Positions 48,220 to 59,502 of a DNA stretch of 64,000 nt are shown here, one piece after another. Positions within the stretch are counted from its first letter, which is position 1. Every line of letters starts with the position of its first letter. This stretch comes from Acidobacteriota bacterium (GTDB taxonomy: Bacteria > Acidobacteriota > UBA6911 > RPQK01 > JAJDTT01). The position numbers and the translations under genes are program-made. The notes under the pieces were generated by a model that worked only from the letters and a program-made list of their open reading frames with translations, searched no databases and had not been told where the DNA came from. The DNA lies in NCBI GenBank assembly GCA_965217775.1, contig CBDCJH010000002.1, positions 800,001-864,000 of the forward strand, written 5' to 3'.

Positions 48220-49683
48220 ATGCCAAAAACTCAGAAGCAGAACGGTGCCTACTATACGCCCGAATCGGTCGTTCAGACACTGCTGAGCTGGGTAATCCGA
48301 CGCGAAGAAGATCGACTGCTGGATCCGTCTTGTGGCGATGGGCGATTTATCGCCAATCATCCCAATAGTGTCGGGATCGAGTGGGATTCGGCCTCGGTCG
48401 AGGCCGCAACGTCACGGGCGCCCTGCGCTCTTATCCACGACGGCGACTTCTTTGCCTGGGCGGCCCAAACATCAGACCGCTTCGATTGTGTGGCAGGCAA
48501 CCCACCATTCATCCGCTATCAGATGTTCAAGGGAGAAACTCGCGCGCGAGCCCTGAGCTTGTGCCGAGTGCTCGGTGCCAATTTCACTGGCCTAACCTCG
48601 TCCTGGGCCCCGTTTCTTGTCACCGCAGCTTCACTTGTGGCGCGTGGAGGCCGGATGGCCTTCGTTGTTCCCGCCGAGATCGGCCACGCGTCCTATGGCA
48701 CTCCCGTGATCGAATATCTCGTCGAGCGTTTTTCCGTCGTCCATGTCGTTGCGGTACGGTCAAAGCTTTTCCCGACGCTGTCTGAAGATTGTTGGCTTCT
48801 TTACGCTGGTGGCTGTGGCGGACAAAGCACCGAAATTCGTTTCACAGCCCTTGAACGCTTCGGCGCAATGAAGGCCCCACCGCGCCAATATGAGGCCGTG
48901 CCCGTCACCGATTGGCGCACAAGTTGGGGGTGCCGATTGCGGCCGTTCATCATGTCCCGCCCAGCACGAAATCTTTACCGTGAGGCTGCGGTAGATCGAG
49001 ACTCAACGAGGCTGGGAGACTCGGGTCGAATTGGAACTGGCTACGTCACCGGTGCCAATGACTTCTTCCATCTCCGTCCCTCCGAAGCCGAAAGATCGGG
49101 TATACCGGATACCTTGCTTCATCCAACTGTTCGCAACAGCCGTGTGCTGAGGTCACGCCGGGTGGATGCGGCAACGGTCGAGCGATGGCGGCGCGCAGAT
49201 GCTCCCATGTGGTTGCTCCACTTGTCGAGGGACATGAAGTTGCCAGATACGATCCATCGTTACCTGGACAGCGCCGCCGGTAAAGCCGCGCGCCAATCAT
49301 ACAAATGTCGGATCCGTGATCCCTGGTACGTCGTGCCGAGCGTGCGGATTCCTGATTTCTTTCTCAGCTATATGTCGGGAGTCCAACCGAGTTTGGTCCG
49401 CAATGACGCGAGCTGCACCTGCACGAATTCGGTTCACGGCATCCAGCTTAAACCCGGTGTTACCGGGCATCAGATAGAGGCGCTATGGAATAGTTCCTTC
49501 GTCCAGTTGAGTTGCGAACTTGAAGGGCACCCGCTCGGAGGGGGAATGCTAAAGCTGGAGCCGAGAGAAGCGGCGCGTATTGTCCTACCCGCTCCGTCTT
49601 GCCTGGCGCGCTTGGATGAACAGATCGTGAATAACGCTCTCGCAACGATGCGTTCGTGGAGACACTACAGCCGTGGCAGATAA
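48220..49683 (+). CDS. N6-adenine DNA methyltransferase (gamma class)
   Basis: GAYYTP, LDPSCGDG, GNPPF, GGGMLKLEP; start could be 48139. Confidence 0.9.
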   Translation: MPKTQKQNGAYYTPESVVQTLLSWVIRREEDRLLDPSCGDGRFIANHPNSVGIEWDSASVEAATSRAPCALIHDGDFFAWAAQTSDRFDCVAGNPPFIRYQMFKGETRARALSLCRVLGANFTGLTSSWAPFLVTAASLVARGGRMAFVVPAEIGHASYGTPVIEYLVERFSVVHVVAVRSKLFPTLSEDCWLLYAGGCGGQSTEIRFTALERFGAMKAPPRQYEAVPVTDWRTSWGCRLRPFIMSRPARNLYREAAVDRDSTRLGDSGRIGTGYVTGANDFFHLRPSEAERSGIPDTLLHPTVRNSRVLRSRRVDAATVERWRRADAPMWLLHLSRDMKLPDTIHRYLDSAAGKAARQSYKCRIRDPWYVVPSVRIPDFFLSYMSGVQPSLVRNDASCTCTNSVHGIQLKPGVTGHQIEALWNSSFVQLSCELEGHPLGGGMLKLEPREAARIVLPAPSCLARLDEQIVNNALATMRSWRHYSRGR

Positions 49684-50614
49684 CCAGCGGGTTGGTGCGT
49701 TATTCGGTAACACCTGTACCTGGATTTCACGCCGGGAGGCCCTAAGGCATTTTGCGATCTTTAGCGGTAAGACCCAATCACAGCATCATATCAAGCCATT
49801 GCACTGGTACGTTGCCTGCCGCCTTGTGCTGGAGGGTGGCTTCAGACCAGAAGAGATTACTCCACGACCACCGTTCGAAATCCGCAAGACTAAAGGTGTG
49901 TTCGAGATAAGCCATAACCATGATGCGGGGAGAGGCGGCGAGCGTACGATCCTTGGTGGGCTCAAGACCAAGAATGTGGATGTCGTTGTCACCAAGAATG
50001 GGATTGGTCCGGTGATGGCCGTTTCATGCAAAGGAGCGATTGGTGCCTATCGAAACCTCACCAACCGTATGGAAGAGGCCGTTGGCGATTGCACGAATCT
50101 GCACATCACCTATCCGGCCATGGTTTTCGGCTACATGTTCGTGATGCGTGCCAACCGGGGGAATGGTGAATCGGTCGAATTAGAGCCCTTAGAACCGACG
50201 CCGGGACGCGTTCTCCAGCCCAATGATATAGCTATCGCTCCTGACGGCCACCCTGTTCCTTCGATTGTTCGATTTCATGCGGCCCTAAGGGAATTGACGG
50301 AACGGCGCGGTATTCGGAACGACGGCAGTCGCTACGAGGCCGTGGCTCTAGGGCTGGTTGAGTCCAACCGGAGACGGCCCGGGGATGTGCTGGAGGAATT
50401 TCCACCCAGCGACAGCCCGCTACGACTCGAGCGTTTCTTTGACGCATTGTTTCGGCACTATGATGAACGATACGTCTTTTCGGCACCTGATTTGAAGAGT
50501 CTCACTCGACGGATAGAGTGGTCTCCAACCTCCCCCGCGTTTACCGATGCTCGACGTGCCTCGTCGCGGTCTCCAATATTTGACTATGAACCACGGATCG
50601 GCCCGGCGGAATAA
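49673..50614 (+). CDS. putative type II restriction endonuclease (PaeR7I/XhoI-like)
   Basis: overlaps MTase; KNVDVVV...VSCK...NRMEEAVG motif. Confidence 0.65.
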   Translation: MADNQRVGALFGNTCTWISRREALRHFAIFSGKTQSQHHIKPLHWYVACRLVLEGGFRPEEITPRPPFEIRKTKGVFEISHNHDAGRGGERTILGGLKTKNVDVVVTKNGIGPVMAVSCKGAIGAYRNLTNRMEEAVGDCTNLHITYPAMVFGYMFVMRANRGNGESVELEPLEPTPGRVLQPNDIAIAPDGHPVPSIVRFHAALRELTERRGIRNDGSRYEAVALGLVESNRRRPGDVLEEFPPSDSPLRLERFFDALFRHYDERYVFSAPDLKSLTRRIEWSPTSPAFTDARRASSRSPIFDYEPRIGPAE

Positions 50615-50700
50615 CCGTTCACCCGGCGAGGTCCATGCGGTGTAGAAACTGCGGTGAAATGGGGCAATCGTAACCGGCTTTGCGAAATAGTCCCGGCGTA

Positions 50701-51717
50701 ATGGCGAGTCCTCCTGTCCTGATCAGCGTGGTCACCTACGACAGCGAGGCGCATCTGGACGCCTGCCTGCGCTCGGTGCGGGAACAGGACGTTCCGGTGC
50801 GGATCCGCGTCTACGACAACGCCTCCCGAGACGGCAGCCGCGGGGTGGCACTGAACCATGGGGCCCGGCTGCACCGCTCCAGCGAGAACCGGGGTTTCAG
50901 CCACGGTCACAATTTCCACCTTCGCCAGGGTGGGTTCGACCACGTCCTCATCCTGAATCCCGACGTCATTCTCTCGAAGGGGTACCTGAAGACGCTCATC
51001 GAATCCATGGCCGGCGTCAAGCGCGTGGGAATGGCCGGTGGGAAGCTGTATCGCATGGATGCCGATGGCCGTGCCGTTCATGAGAGCGGATACCCGGTAC
51101 TGGACACGACCGGCATCTATTTCACTCCCACCCAGCGGCATTTCGACCGGGGCAGCCAGCAGCCGGACCGGGGCCGGTACGACCGCCGCCAACTGCTGTT
51201 CGGAATCAGCGGCGCCGCTCTCCTCTGCACCCGCGAAATGCTGGAGGACGTCCGCTACGGGGACGAATACCTGGATGAGGACTTCTTCGCCTACCGGGAG
51301 GACGCGGACCTGGCCTGGAGGGCTCAACTCCGGGGGTGGCGGGCTCTCTACGAGCCGGCTGCCCAGGGCCTGCATCTGCGCCGGGTCCTCCCCTCTCGCC
51401 GCGCTCGTCTCGCCTCCCACATCAACTTCCACTCGCTCAAGAACCGGTACCTGATGAGGATCAAGAACCTGGACCCGGCGGTCCGGCGCAGGTGTTTCCC
51501 CTACATGTGGATTCGGGATCTGGGGATCATCGCGTACGTCCTCTTGCGCGAGCGATCTTCCTTGGGCGCCTTCCGGCAGGTGTGGAGGCTCAGGAAGCGC
51601 TTCCTCCGGAAACGGAAGTGGATTCAGGCTTCGCGCCGAGTGCCGGCGGATTCCGTCGCGCGCTGGTTCTCGTTTCGTCCCATTGCCCAGGATCTGGAGC
51701 CGTCCGATTTCGTGTGA
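50701..51717 (+). CDS. glycosyltransferase family 2
   Basis: YDNASRDGS, NRGFS, ILNPD, FAYREDADL. Confidence 0.9.
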   Translation: MASPPVLISVVTYDSEAHLDACLRSVREQDVPVRIRVYDNASRDGSRGVALNHGARLHRSSENRGFSHGHNFHLRQGGFDHVLILNPDVILSKGYLKTLIESMAGVKRVGMAGGKLYRMDADGRAVHESGYPVLDTTGIYFTPTQRHFDRGSQQPDRGRYDRRQLLFGISGAALLCTREMLEDVRYGDEYLDEDFFAYREDADLAWRAQLRGWRALYEPAAQGLHLRRVLPSRRARLASHINFHSLKNRYLMRIKNLDPAVRRRCFPYMWIRDLGIIAYVLLRERSSLGAFRQVWRLRKRFLRKRKWIQASRRVPADSVARWFSFRPIAQDLEPSDFV

Positions 51718-51777
51718 CTCGTCCGGTCTCTCGGGGGTGCGGGACTTGTTTGGCAGGGACGTAGTAGAGTACGCCGC

Positions 51778-53316
51778 ATGTCTCAGCAGAAGTTGTCTTC
51801 CACGGGTCGTTCCATCGTCTCTGTGGGTTCATTCCTTTTGGTTCTGATGATTGGCCTGTTTCCAGGCGCCTCCTGCGCCGGCCCCGGCGACGAGCCCGCA
51901 TCCAAACCCATCCCGGAAGCCAAGGACCTGGATATCGGGAGCCTGGGCGTGGCGGGTTACGCCAAGCTTCTCTGCTCGTCGGTCTTCGTCTCGAAAATGG
52001 AAGGCGACGTGGCGATCGAACACAGCCGAAGAGTCACACGGGCGTTGGTGCGCCTCCCGGCCCAGGACATGGCGCAGGTCACCGAGTCCATCGACCATGA
52101 CAACCGCCTGGTTCGGGCCACTCTGCGTGGCTCCCTCACGCGGACGGCCAAGCTCTATGGGGACCAGGGTTGCATCATCCATCCCGAGGACCACGACGGC
52201 ATCTATTTCGATCCGGTTCCCGTTCGAACCTCTCTTCCCGATGCGCAAACCCTGCCCTGGCCCATGGGCGATCTCCTGCCGGACGATCCGCTGCCCCCCG
52301 AGGTGGATGAAGAGAAGTTGAAGGCGGCAGTCGAGGTGGCCTTCCAGCCGCCGTCTCGAACCGCCGGCCTGGTAGTGGTCTACAAGGGCCGGCTGGTGGC
52401 GGAGCGCTACGCCGAAGGCGTCACCAAGGACACGCTGATGGAGAGCTGGTCCCAGGGCAAGAGCCTGACCGGGACACTCATCGGCCGCCTCGAACAGGAG
52501 GGTCTGCTGAAGCTGGAGGATCCGGCTCCCGTCCCCGAGTGGCAGGGCCCCGGCGACGAACGGTCCAAGATCACCATCGCCGACCTGATGCGGATGTCCA
52601 GCGGACTCGAATTCACGCTCTACGAGAGGCTGGTGACCAGTCCCGAAGGGCGATCGGAAGTGGGTCCCCAGTACCCGGATCACTACTACCCCTACGTAGG
52701 CGCCATCGATGTCTTTCGCTACGTGGTGAGCCGGCCCCCCCAATTTCCGCCCAACACGGTGGGCCGCTATCGCAACTGCGATCCCCTGACCTTGGGATAC
52801 ATCGTCAAACGGATCGTCCAAGACCAGGGCCAGGAGTATCTGAGCTACCCCCAGCGGGCGCTCTTCGACCAGATCGGGATCCGGCGCATGGTCCTGGACA
52901 CCGACCCCTATGGAAATTTCGTCCTGTCCGGCTACGAGCACGGAACGCCGCGGGACTGGGCCCGGATCGGGCTCCTCTATCTGCAGCGGGGAATGTGGCA
53001 GGGGAAGCGGCTCCTCTCCGAGGAGTTCGTCGACTTCGTGCGAACCCCGGCCCCGGCCTGGAAGAACGAGGAAAACCGGGGCGAGAGCGTGCCCCGGTAC
53101 GGCGGCATGTGGTGGGTCAATACCAAGAGGAACTGGGCAGCGCCGGAGGACGCCTATTACGCGGCCGGGGCCGGTGGACAGAGTACGGTGGTGATTCCGT
53201 CCCGAAACCTGGTTCTGGCCCGGCTCACGGACTATGACGACTCCCTGGAGGCGCACAGCAAGTCCAAGGTCAACCAGGCATTGGAAGGCATCCTGGCCGC
53301 GATCGGCACCGAGTAG
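51778..53316 (+). CDS. serine hydrolase (beta-lactamase-like)
   Basis: SQGK (SxxK), LMRMSSGL, YRN. Confidence 0.9.
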   Translation: MSQQKLSSTGRSIVSVGSFLLVLMIGLFPGASCAGPGDEPASKPIPEAKDLDIGSLGVAGYAKLLCSSVFVSKMEGDVAIEHSRRVTRALVRLPAQDMAQVTESIDHDNRLVRATLRGSLTRTAKLYGDQGCIIHPEDHDGIYFDPVPVRTSLPDAQTLPWPMGDLLPDDPLPPEVDEEKLKAAVEVAFQPPSRTAGLVVVYKGRLVAERYAEGVTKDTLMESWSQGKSLTGTLIGRLEQEGLLKLEDPAPVPEWQGPGDERSKITIADLMRMSSGLEFTLYERLVTSPEGRSEVGPQYPDHYYPYVGAIDVFRYVVSRPPQFPPNTVGRYRNCDPLTLGYIVKRIVQDQGQEYLSYPQRALFDQIGIRRMVLDTDPYGNFVLSGYEHGTPRDWARIGLLYLQRGMWQGKRLLSEEFVDFVRTPAPAWKNEENRGESVPRYGGMWWVNTKRNWAAPEDAYYAAGAGGQSTVVIPSRNLVLARLTDYDDSLEAHSKSKVNQALEGILAAIGTE

Positions 53317-53375
53317 GACCGGTCTCACTCCCTTGCCGTCCGGCAAGATCGAGCGCGTCGACCATTTCGGACCCG

Positions 53376-53645
53376 TCAGGGGTTCGATTCCCGGATCAAC
53401 GCCTCGACGATCCGTTCCAGACAGGAGATGCGGTGCTTCAGATCCGCATGGGACAGCCGGAGCATGGCCTTGACCAGGGAGACTTCCACCGTCATTTCCT
53501 GACGGATGCCCCCGAGGCCTTTTTCCAGGTTCATCTCTCCTTCGGCCACGATCTGGATCTCATCCCGTAAGGCTTCGCCCACGACGTCGAAATGGCGCCG
53601 GGTTTCGGTCAGCTGCTCAACGAAGTTTCGGTAGTTCTGGTCCAT
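53376..53645 (-). CDS. small coiled-coil hypothetical protein
   Basis: RBS aaagg; RRHFDVVGEALRDEIQIVAEG. Confidence 0.6.
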   Translation of the reverse strand: MDQNYRNFVEQLTETRRHFDVVGEALRDEIQIVAEGEMNLEKGLGGIRQEMTVEVSLVKAMLRLSHADLKHRISCLERIVEALIRESNP

Positions 53646-53792
53646 AGCCTTTTCCGGTCACGCGGCCTCGGGCGCGAATGTGGGGAGGCGAAGCCGAAGA
53701 TTCCCCGGTGGGAGAGGTGCATCAGTCAACCAAACGACGGGGGGAGCCAAAACGCGAATTTGCTGTTCGGGAGCCGTACCGGGGAAACCGGT

Positions 53793-54833
53793 TCAGACGG
53801 GTAGATTGGGCTCGGCGGTCAGATCCCACGAGTCCTTCTCTCCTGCGGCGAGGCGCCGGTGTCCGGTGGCGGCGATCATGGCCGCGTTGTCGGTGGAGAG
53901 GAGGAGAGAGGGAAAGTAAACGGGAGTTCGATCACGGAAATGGTCCTCCGCCCGGCGGCGGAGTTCGCTGTTGGCCGAGACGCCGCCCGAGATCTGAATG
54001 GACCGCACGTCGTGTTGGTTCCAGGCTTTTTCGAGTCGATCCAGAAGTTGATCCACCACGCACTTCTGGTAACTGGCCACCAGGTCCAACAACTCCTCCG
54101 GCATCCGTTCCGGGTGTTTCGCCGATTCAGGCTCCACGGGTCGAATTCCCTGCAACCGGCAATGACGCAGGGAGGCTGTCTTGATTCCGCTGAAGCTGAA
54201 GTCCAGCTCTCCGGTCTTGATTCTCGGGAGCGAGAACCGCACCGCATTCGGGTTCCCCAGCGGGGCCAGCCGATCGATGACGGGACCCCCGGGATATCCG
54301 AGGCCCAGCGCCTTGGAGAGCTTGTCCAGGGCTTCGCCGGCGGCGTCGTCGCGGGTACGGGAGATTTCCCGACAGGAAGTCTCGTTCTCCAGACAGAAAA
54401 GGCTCGTATGCCCACCCGACACCACCAGGGCCAGGGCCGGAAGCTCCGCCTCCGGATGCTCCAAGGGGACAGATCGCATGTGCGCCTCAAGGTGGTTGAC
54501 CCCCACCAGGGGGATCTCCAGCGCGAAGGCCAGGGCCTTGGCGTAGGCCATTCCGACGAGTAACGCCCCCACCAGACCCGGGCCCCGGGTCACGGCGATG
54601 CCATCCACGCGGTCCCAGGCCGACTTGCCGTTCCAGGCCTGTTCCAGACAGAGATCTACGACATGGTTGATGTTGGACGCGTGTTCGCGGCTGGCCAACT
54701 CCGGGACCACGCCCCCGTAGACGGAGTGGACGTCCACTTGGGAGGCCACCACGTTGGAAAGGATCCGTCGTCCGTCTTCGACCAGGGCCGCCGCGGTCTC
54801 GTCGCAACTGGTCTCAATCCCCAGAACGATCAT
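53793..54833 (-). CDS. tsaD: tRNA N6-threonylcarbamoyltransferase TsaD
   Basis: [31 protein letters not shown]. Confidence 0.97.
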   Translation of the reverse strand: MIVLGIETSCDETAAALVEDGRRILSNVVASQVDVHSVYGGVVPELASREHASNINHVVDLCLEQAWNGKSAWDRVDGIAVTRGPGLVGALLVGMAYAKALAFALEIPLVGVNHLEAHMRSVPLEHPEAELPALALVVSGGHTSLFCLENETSCREISRTRDDAAGEALDKLSKALGLGYPGGPVIDRLAPLGNPNAVRFSLPRIKTGELDFSFSGIKTASLRHCRLQGIRPVEPESAKHPERMPEELLDLVASYQKCVVDQLLDRLEKAWNQHDVRSIQISGGVSANSELRRRAEDHFRDRTPVYFPSLLLSTDNAAMIAATGHRRLAAGEKDSWDLTAEPNLPV

Positions 54834-55866
54834 CGGCAGCCTTCCGGTAGAGGTCGGCCAACGCCTCGACGTAAGGCGGACGGGCCACGCCCTCCTCGGT
54901 GATGATGCCGTCGACCAGGCGGTTGGGCGTCACGTCGAAGGCGGGATTGGCGACCTGGACGGTCTCGGGAGCCAGGTTCTGTCCGGCCATCCGGGTGATC
55001 TCGGCCACGTCCCGCTCCTCGATGGGGATCTGGGCGCCTGTGGGTGTGCCCATATCGATGGTGGAGAGAGGGGCGGCCACATAGAAGGGAATCCCATGCT
55101 CCCTGGCCAGCACCGCGACGCTGTAGGTGCCGATCTTGTTGGCGGTGTCGCCGTTGGCGGCGATCCGGTCGGCGCCCACCACCACGGCCTGGATTCTTCC
55201 CGCCTGCATGAAGTAGCCCGCCATGTTGTCGGTGATGAGGGTGCAGGGAATGTCTTCCCGGACCATCTCCCAGGAAGTCAGGCGGGCCCCTTGGAGAAAA
55301 GGCCGGGTCTCGTCGGCGAAGACCTGGATGCCCTTACCCGCCTCGACCGCCGCGCGGATGACCCCCAGTGCCGTGCCGTATCCGGCCGTGGCCAGCGCAC
55401 CGGCATTGCAGTGGGTCAGCACGGTCGAGCCTTGTGAAAGCAACTGCTGTCCGTGCCGGCCGATTCGCCGGTTGATCTCGATGTCCTCCCGGTGCATCTC
55501 CCGGGCTTCCCTCGCCAAGGCATCCTGAACCTCGGCCAGGGAACCGCTGTGGGCCCGGAACAGCCGGTCCATCCGTTCGATGGCCCAGAACAGGTTCCTG
55601 GCGGTGGGCCGGGTCACCCGGATGGTCTCGCAGATGTTCTGCCATTCCGATTCCAGGTCCTGCTCGGACGTCAAGTTCTTCACCCCCAGCGCCAGGCCCA
55701 TGGCGGTGGCCACGCCGATGGCCGGGGCTCCCCGGATCACCATGCTCCGGATGGCCTCGGCCACTCCTTCCACGGTGGTGTAGGTGTTGTAGATCTCCTG
55801 GGTCGGAAGCAGGCGCTGGTCGATCATGACCACGCCCTCGTCGGTCCACTCGATTGTGCGAATCAT
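54814..55866 (-). CDS. mtnA: S-methyl-5-thioribose-1-phosphate isomerase
   Basis: [42 protein letters not shown]. Confidence 0.96.
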   Translation of the reverse strand: MIRTIEWTDEGVVMIDQRLLPTQEIYNTYTTVEGVAEAIRSMVIRGAPAIGVATAMGLALGVKNLTSEQDLESEWQNICETIRVTRPTARNLFWAIERMDRLFRAHSGSLAEVQDALAREAREMHREDIEINRRIGRHGQQLLSQGSTVLTHCNAGALATAGYGTALGVIRAAVEAGKGIQVFADETRPFLQGARLTSWEMVREDIPCTLITDNMAGYFMQAGRIQAVVVGADRIAANGDTANKIGTYSVAVLAREHGIPFYVAAPLSTIDMGTPTGAQIPIEERDVAEITRMAGQNLAPETVQVANPAFDVTPNRLVDGIITEEGVARPPYVEALADLYRKAADDRSGD

Positions 55867-56173
55867 GGGCACAACTTACACCAAGCCCCCGAAATCGGGC
55901 AACGACCCCAACGCTTCTTGCCCAAACCTGCGCCTAATCTTCACTCTCACTCCTCACTCCTCCTCCCTGTTGCCTCAAAATAAACAGTGGAGTTGACCCG
56001 CTTTCGTGGATCCCTCCTTACTCCACACCTAGTCCGCCCGGCATCGGGTATTCGACGGCAATCCCCGCGTCGACGAGACGTTGGACAAAACGATGGGCGA
56101 CTCGCGGTCGGCCGGATGACGGATCGGCGATTCGCGGTCGGGTGGCCAGACTTGTTCGCCCGACGCGCTAACT

Positions 56174-56911
56174 TCAGACTCCGCTTCGTCGGCTGACGCG
56201 ATTGAGCCGGTGCTCGAAGTACCGGCGGAACACTTCGTTCTCGGGATACGCCGCCGGATCGGCCCAGATCGCCCCAAGACGGCCCACCAATCCGGCAATC
56301 CAATCCGCTGCCTGGAGTGTCTGATAGCGGTGGCTTTCCAGATGGAACGGAGGCTCGATGAGATGCCGCCGGCGTTCCGTCCTCGCATACATGCTCCGCG
56401 CTGCCCCGGTGATCAGGGCAGATCGTTGATCGTGTTCATCGAGAATCAGGACGAAATTCCCGAGCGGATCACAATCCTCTTCGCAGAATCCGTCAATCCG
56501 CTTGATCGCCTCAAGAAATACCCGTGTGTAGAGCCTGTTCGAATTGTGCGCCCTCGGCGCCGCAGTCTTCTTGAGCCCGACATAGAAGACGAATCCGCCG
56601 AGCGCTTCGATCTTGTTGAACAGCCGGTTGGTGAACTTCCTGAGTTCTGCGTACCACGTCACGTTCGTGACAGTGTAGAGGCTCGCCCCCTTCTTTTCCC
56701 ATAGGGCCGGATGTTTACCCGACCGTTCGATCTCAAATACGAGAAGCTCGCACTTGCGTTGGAAGAACCAGGTTCCGAACCCACGCACCACTTCGGAAGC
56801 GAGGACGAAGCCCGCCAAGCCAAACACCGGGCTGTCCTTGTATCTGCAGTCTCGCCTGCTGACATAGGGGCCGATATGTCCGAATTCATCAAAGTAGGCG
56901 AAGTACGTCAC
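56174..56911 (-). CDS. DUF3800 domain protein
   Basis: YFDEFG N-terminal and LQAADWIA C-terminal motifs. Confidence 0.85.
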   Translation of the reverse strand: MTYFAYFDEFGHIGPYVSRRDCRYKDSPVFGLAGFVLASEVVRGFGTWFFQRKCELLVFEIERSGKHPALWEKKGASLYTVTNVTWYAELRKFTNRLFNKIEALGGFVFYVGLKKTAAPRAHNSNRLYTRVFLEAIKRIDGFCEEDCDPLGNFVLILDEHDQRSALITGAARSMYARTERRRHLIEPPFHLESHRYQTLQAADWIAGLVGRLGAIWADPAAYPENEVFRRYFEHRLNRVSRRSGV

Positions 56912-57008
56912 CGATGGCGTCTCCGGAAACACGAAAGCCCGCGCCGGAGCACGGGCCTCGGAAAGAGAGCAAGACAAGCTTGCATCTCATGAGCAACTAT
57001 ACCTCCTC

Positions 57009-57172
57009 AACAGCCCGTGGCAAAAGTCATCACGGCATTCGACCGTCCCTGCATCCCGGCGGACGGCGTTGCGATTCGGGCACATACTCCCGGTATGCAC
57101 CCGAATCGCGCCTTGTCCGGCGGGCGCAGGAACGGTCTCGGTGCTCGCGGGACTTTCACCACGGACTGTCAA
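57009..57172 (+). mobile_element. MITE family 1, copy 3
   Basis: acagcccgtggcaaaagtc ... gactttcaccacggactgt. Confidence 0.85.
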
Positions 57173-57410
57173 AGATGACCTGTCGAGAATGGTGGGAAGC
57201 GGACCCTTTTCCAGGAATTTCTCGACCGATTTGGACCAGTGACTTCCTGAGCAAGGTCCAGCGAGTGCCGCGACCAGCTTTCGAGGCAACGAATCCGTTT
57301 CAGGCCCTTTTTTTGGGAGTCAATTCCTCCTCTTGTGGAGTCCGAAGTCGAAGCGCAGAATGTTAGCGGTTCGTTGAACGGCGCGGACGGGCGCCGGTGA
57401 GGGTGCGGTA

Positions 57411-59483
57411 ATGACCATGATTCGGTCTTGGCTTCTGATCGTCAGTCTTTCGGTATGGGTTGTTCTGTTCTTTCCCGTGCGGCTTTTGGCCGGGGAACTT
57501 GAGCGATTCGAGCCGCAGGATGTCTTCGAGCTGGAATGGGCTTCCGATCCGCGTTTCACGCCGGACGGCGGGCGCGTGATCTACATGCGCAATTCCATGG
57601 ACGTGATGACGGACCGGCGCCGGAGCAGCGTCTGGACCATCGATCTGGACGGAAGCCGGCATCGCCCGCTTCTCTCCGGTGGGGCCCGATACTCCTCTCC
57701 CCGACTCTCGTCCGAGGGGAGGCGGCTCCTGTACATCTCCGACGCCGAAGGGAGTCCACAGCTCTATGTGATGTGGATGGACACGCGTCAGACGGCGCGG
57801 CTGACCCACCTGACGCGGGCGCCTTCGAACCCGGCCTGGTCCCCGGATGGGAAGTGGATCGCCTTCACCCAGTTCGTGCCCGGGAACCGGCAGCCGATGG
57901 TGCAGCTGCCGTCCCCGCCCGAAGGCGCCAAATGGGCTCCTCGGCCCCGGGAGATCCGGAGCGTTCAGTATCGCCGGGACGGCCAGGGATTGCTGGAGGA
58001 AGGGCAGGTCCAGCTCTTTCTCTTGGATGAAGACGGGGGCACGCCGCGGCAGCTCACCCGGGGGGAATACAATTCGGGCCCGCCGGTCTGGCTGCCTGAG
58101 AGCACCGGGATCCTGATCAGCTCCAATCGGTCCCCGAACTGGGAGTATGAACCCCGGGAGTCGGAGATTCACGAGGTGTCCCTGACGGGCGAAATCAGGA
58201 CCTTGACCGACCGCCAGGGACCGGACTCGGACCCGGCCGTTTCTCCGGATGGAAAAACCATCGCCTACACCGGGTATGACGACCTGGGATTGAGCTACGC
58301 CAACCGGGTTCTCTACGTCATGGATCGAGAGGGAGGCAATCGCCGGGCTCTGACTCAAGGCCTGGACCGTTCCGTCTCCAGTCCCCAATGGCATCCCGGC
58401 GGCGAGGGCATTTACGTCCTTTACGGCGACGAGGGCACGACTCGGGTGGCTCTGGTCGGCCTCGGCGGCGAGATCAAACCTGTGGTCACCGACGCGGGCG
58501 GCCTCTCCCTGGGGCGCCCGTACGGGGCGGGTGCCTATCGGGCAGCACGGGAAGGCGTCGTCTACACGGCCGCATCGACCCAAAGACCTCCTGACGTGGG
58601 TTTCGCTCCGGCCGGCGGCAAGGCCCGTCGTCTGACCCGTCTGAACGAGGACCTGCTGGCCCACAAGGCGCTTGGCCCGGTGGAGCCGGTCACCTATTCG
58701 TCCACGGCGGATGGCCGTCCCATCGACGGCTGGATCGTCAAGCCTCCTGATTTCGATCCATCTCGGAAGTATCCCCTGGTCCTGGAGATCCACGGAGGTC
58801 CCTACGCCTATTACGGACCCTATTTCAGTATCGAGCTTCAACTGATGGCCTCGGCGGGCTATGTCGTGCTCTACACGAATCCCCGGGGCAGCACCGGCTA
58901 CGGCGCCGATTTCGCCAACCTCATCCACCAGAACTATCCGAGCCAGGACTACGACGATCTGATCGCGGGTGTGGACCACGTGCTGGAGCAGGGCTATGTG
59001 GATCCGGACAACCTCTTCGTCACCGGAGGTTCGGGGGGAGGGATCCTAACGGCTTGGATCGTAGGCAAGACAGACCGTTTTCGGGCGGCAGTGGCGTCGA
59101 AGCCGGTCATCAACTGGATCAGCATCAGCGGCACCAGCGACATCTACGTCACCTTCAGCAAGTATTGGATGCCGGGCCCGGTCTGGGAGGACTACGAGAC
59201 GTACTGGAAGTACTCACCGCTCTCGCTGGTGGGAAACGTCACGACACCCACCATGCTGCTCACCGGAGAGTCGGACCTGCGGACGCCCATCTCGGAGACG
59301 GAGCAGTATTATCAAGCCCTCAAACTGCGCAAGGTGGACACGGCCATGGTGCGGATTCCCGGGGCGTCCCACGGCATCGCCCAGCGTCCCAGCCATCTGG
59401 TCGCCAAGGTCAGCTATATCCTGGCCTGGTTCGAGAAATACCGCGTCGATGCCGGAGAGGGTCGGGGAGGAAACAGCCCGTGA
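57411..59483 (+). CDS. S9 family peptidase
   Basis: PD40-like repeats, IHGGP, GGSGGG, D and H of triad. Confidence 0.93.
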   Translation: MTMIRSWLLIVSLSVWVVLFFPVRLLAGELERFEPQDVFELEWASDPRFTPDGGRVIYMRNSMDVMTDRRRSSVWTIDLDGSRHRPLLSGGARYSSPRLSSEGRRLLYISDAEGSPQLYVMWMDTRQTARLTHLTRAPSNPAWSPDGKWIAFTQFVPGNRQPMVQLPSPPEGAKWAPRPREIRSVQYRRDGQGLLEEGQVQLFLLDEDGGTPRQLTRGEYNSGPPVWLPESTGILISSNRSPNWEYEPRESEIHEVSLTGEIRTLTDRQGPDSDPAVSPDGKTIAYTGYDDLGLSYANRVLYVMDREGGNRRALTQGLDRSVSSPQWHPGGEGIYVLYGDEGTTRVALVGLGGEIKPVVTDAGGLSLGRPYGAGAYRAAREGVVYTAASTQRPPDVGFAPAGGKARRLTRLNEDLLAHKALGPVEPVTYSSTADGRPIDGWIVKPPDFDPSRKYPLVLEIHGGPYAYYGPYFSIELQLMASAGYVVLYTNPRGSTGYGADFANLIHQNYPSQDYDDLIAGVDHVLEQGYVDPDNLFVTGGSGGGILTAWIVGKTDRFRAAVASKPVINWISISGTSDIYVTFSKYWMPGPVWEDYETYWKYSPLSLVGNVTTPTMLLTGESDLRTPISETEQYYQALKLRKVDTAMVRIPGASHGIAQRPSHLVAKVSYILAWFEKYRVDAGEGRGGNSP

Positions 59484-59502
59484 TGGAGGAGCAGTTCAGA
59501 AC

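Noticed and set aside
53378-53395. ggggttcgattcccgg T-loop-like sequence
   Set aside because: Encodes the end of the minus-strand ORF (ESNP); imperfect stem and no other tRNA parts.
56095-56142. Two 16-bp direct repeats downstream of DUF3800 as a type III TA-like or ncRNA array
   Set aside because: Only two units and no supporting structure I can verify; an Rfam scan would be needed.
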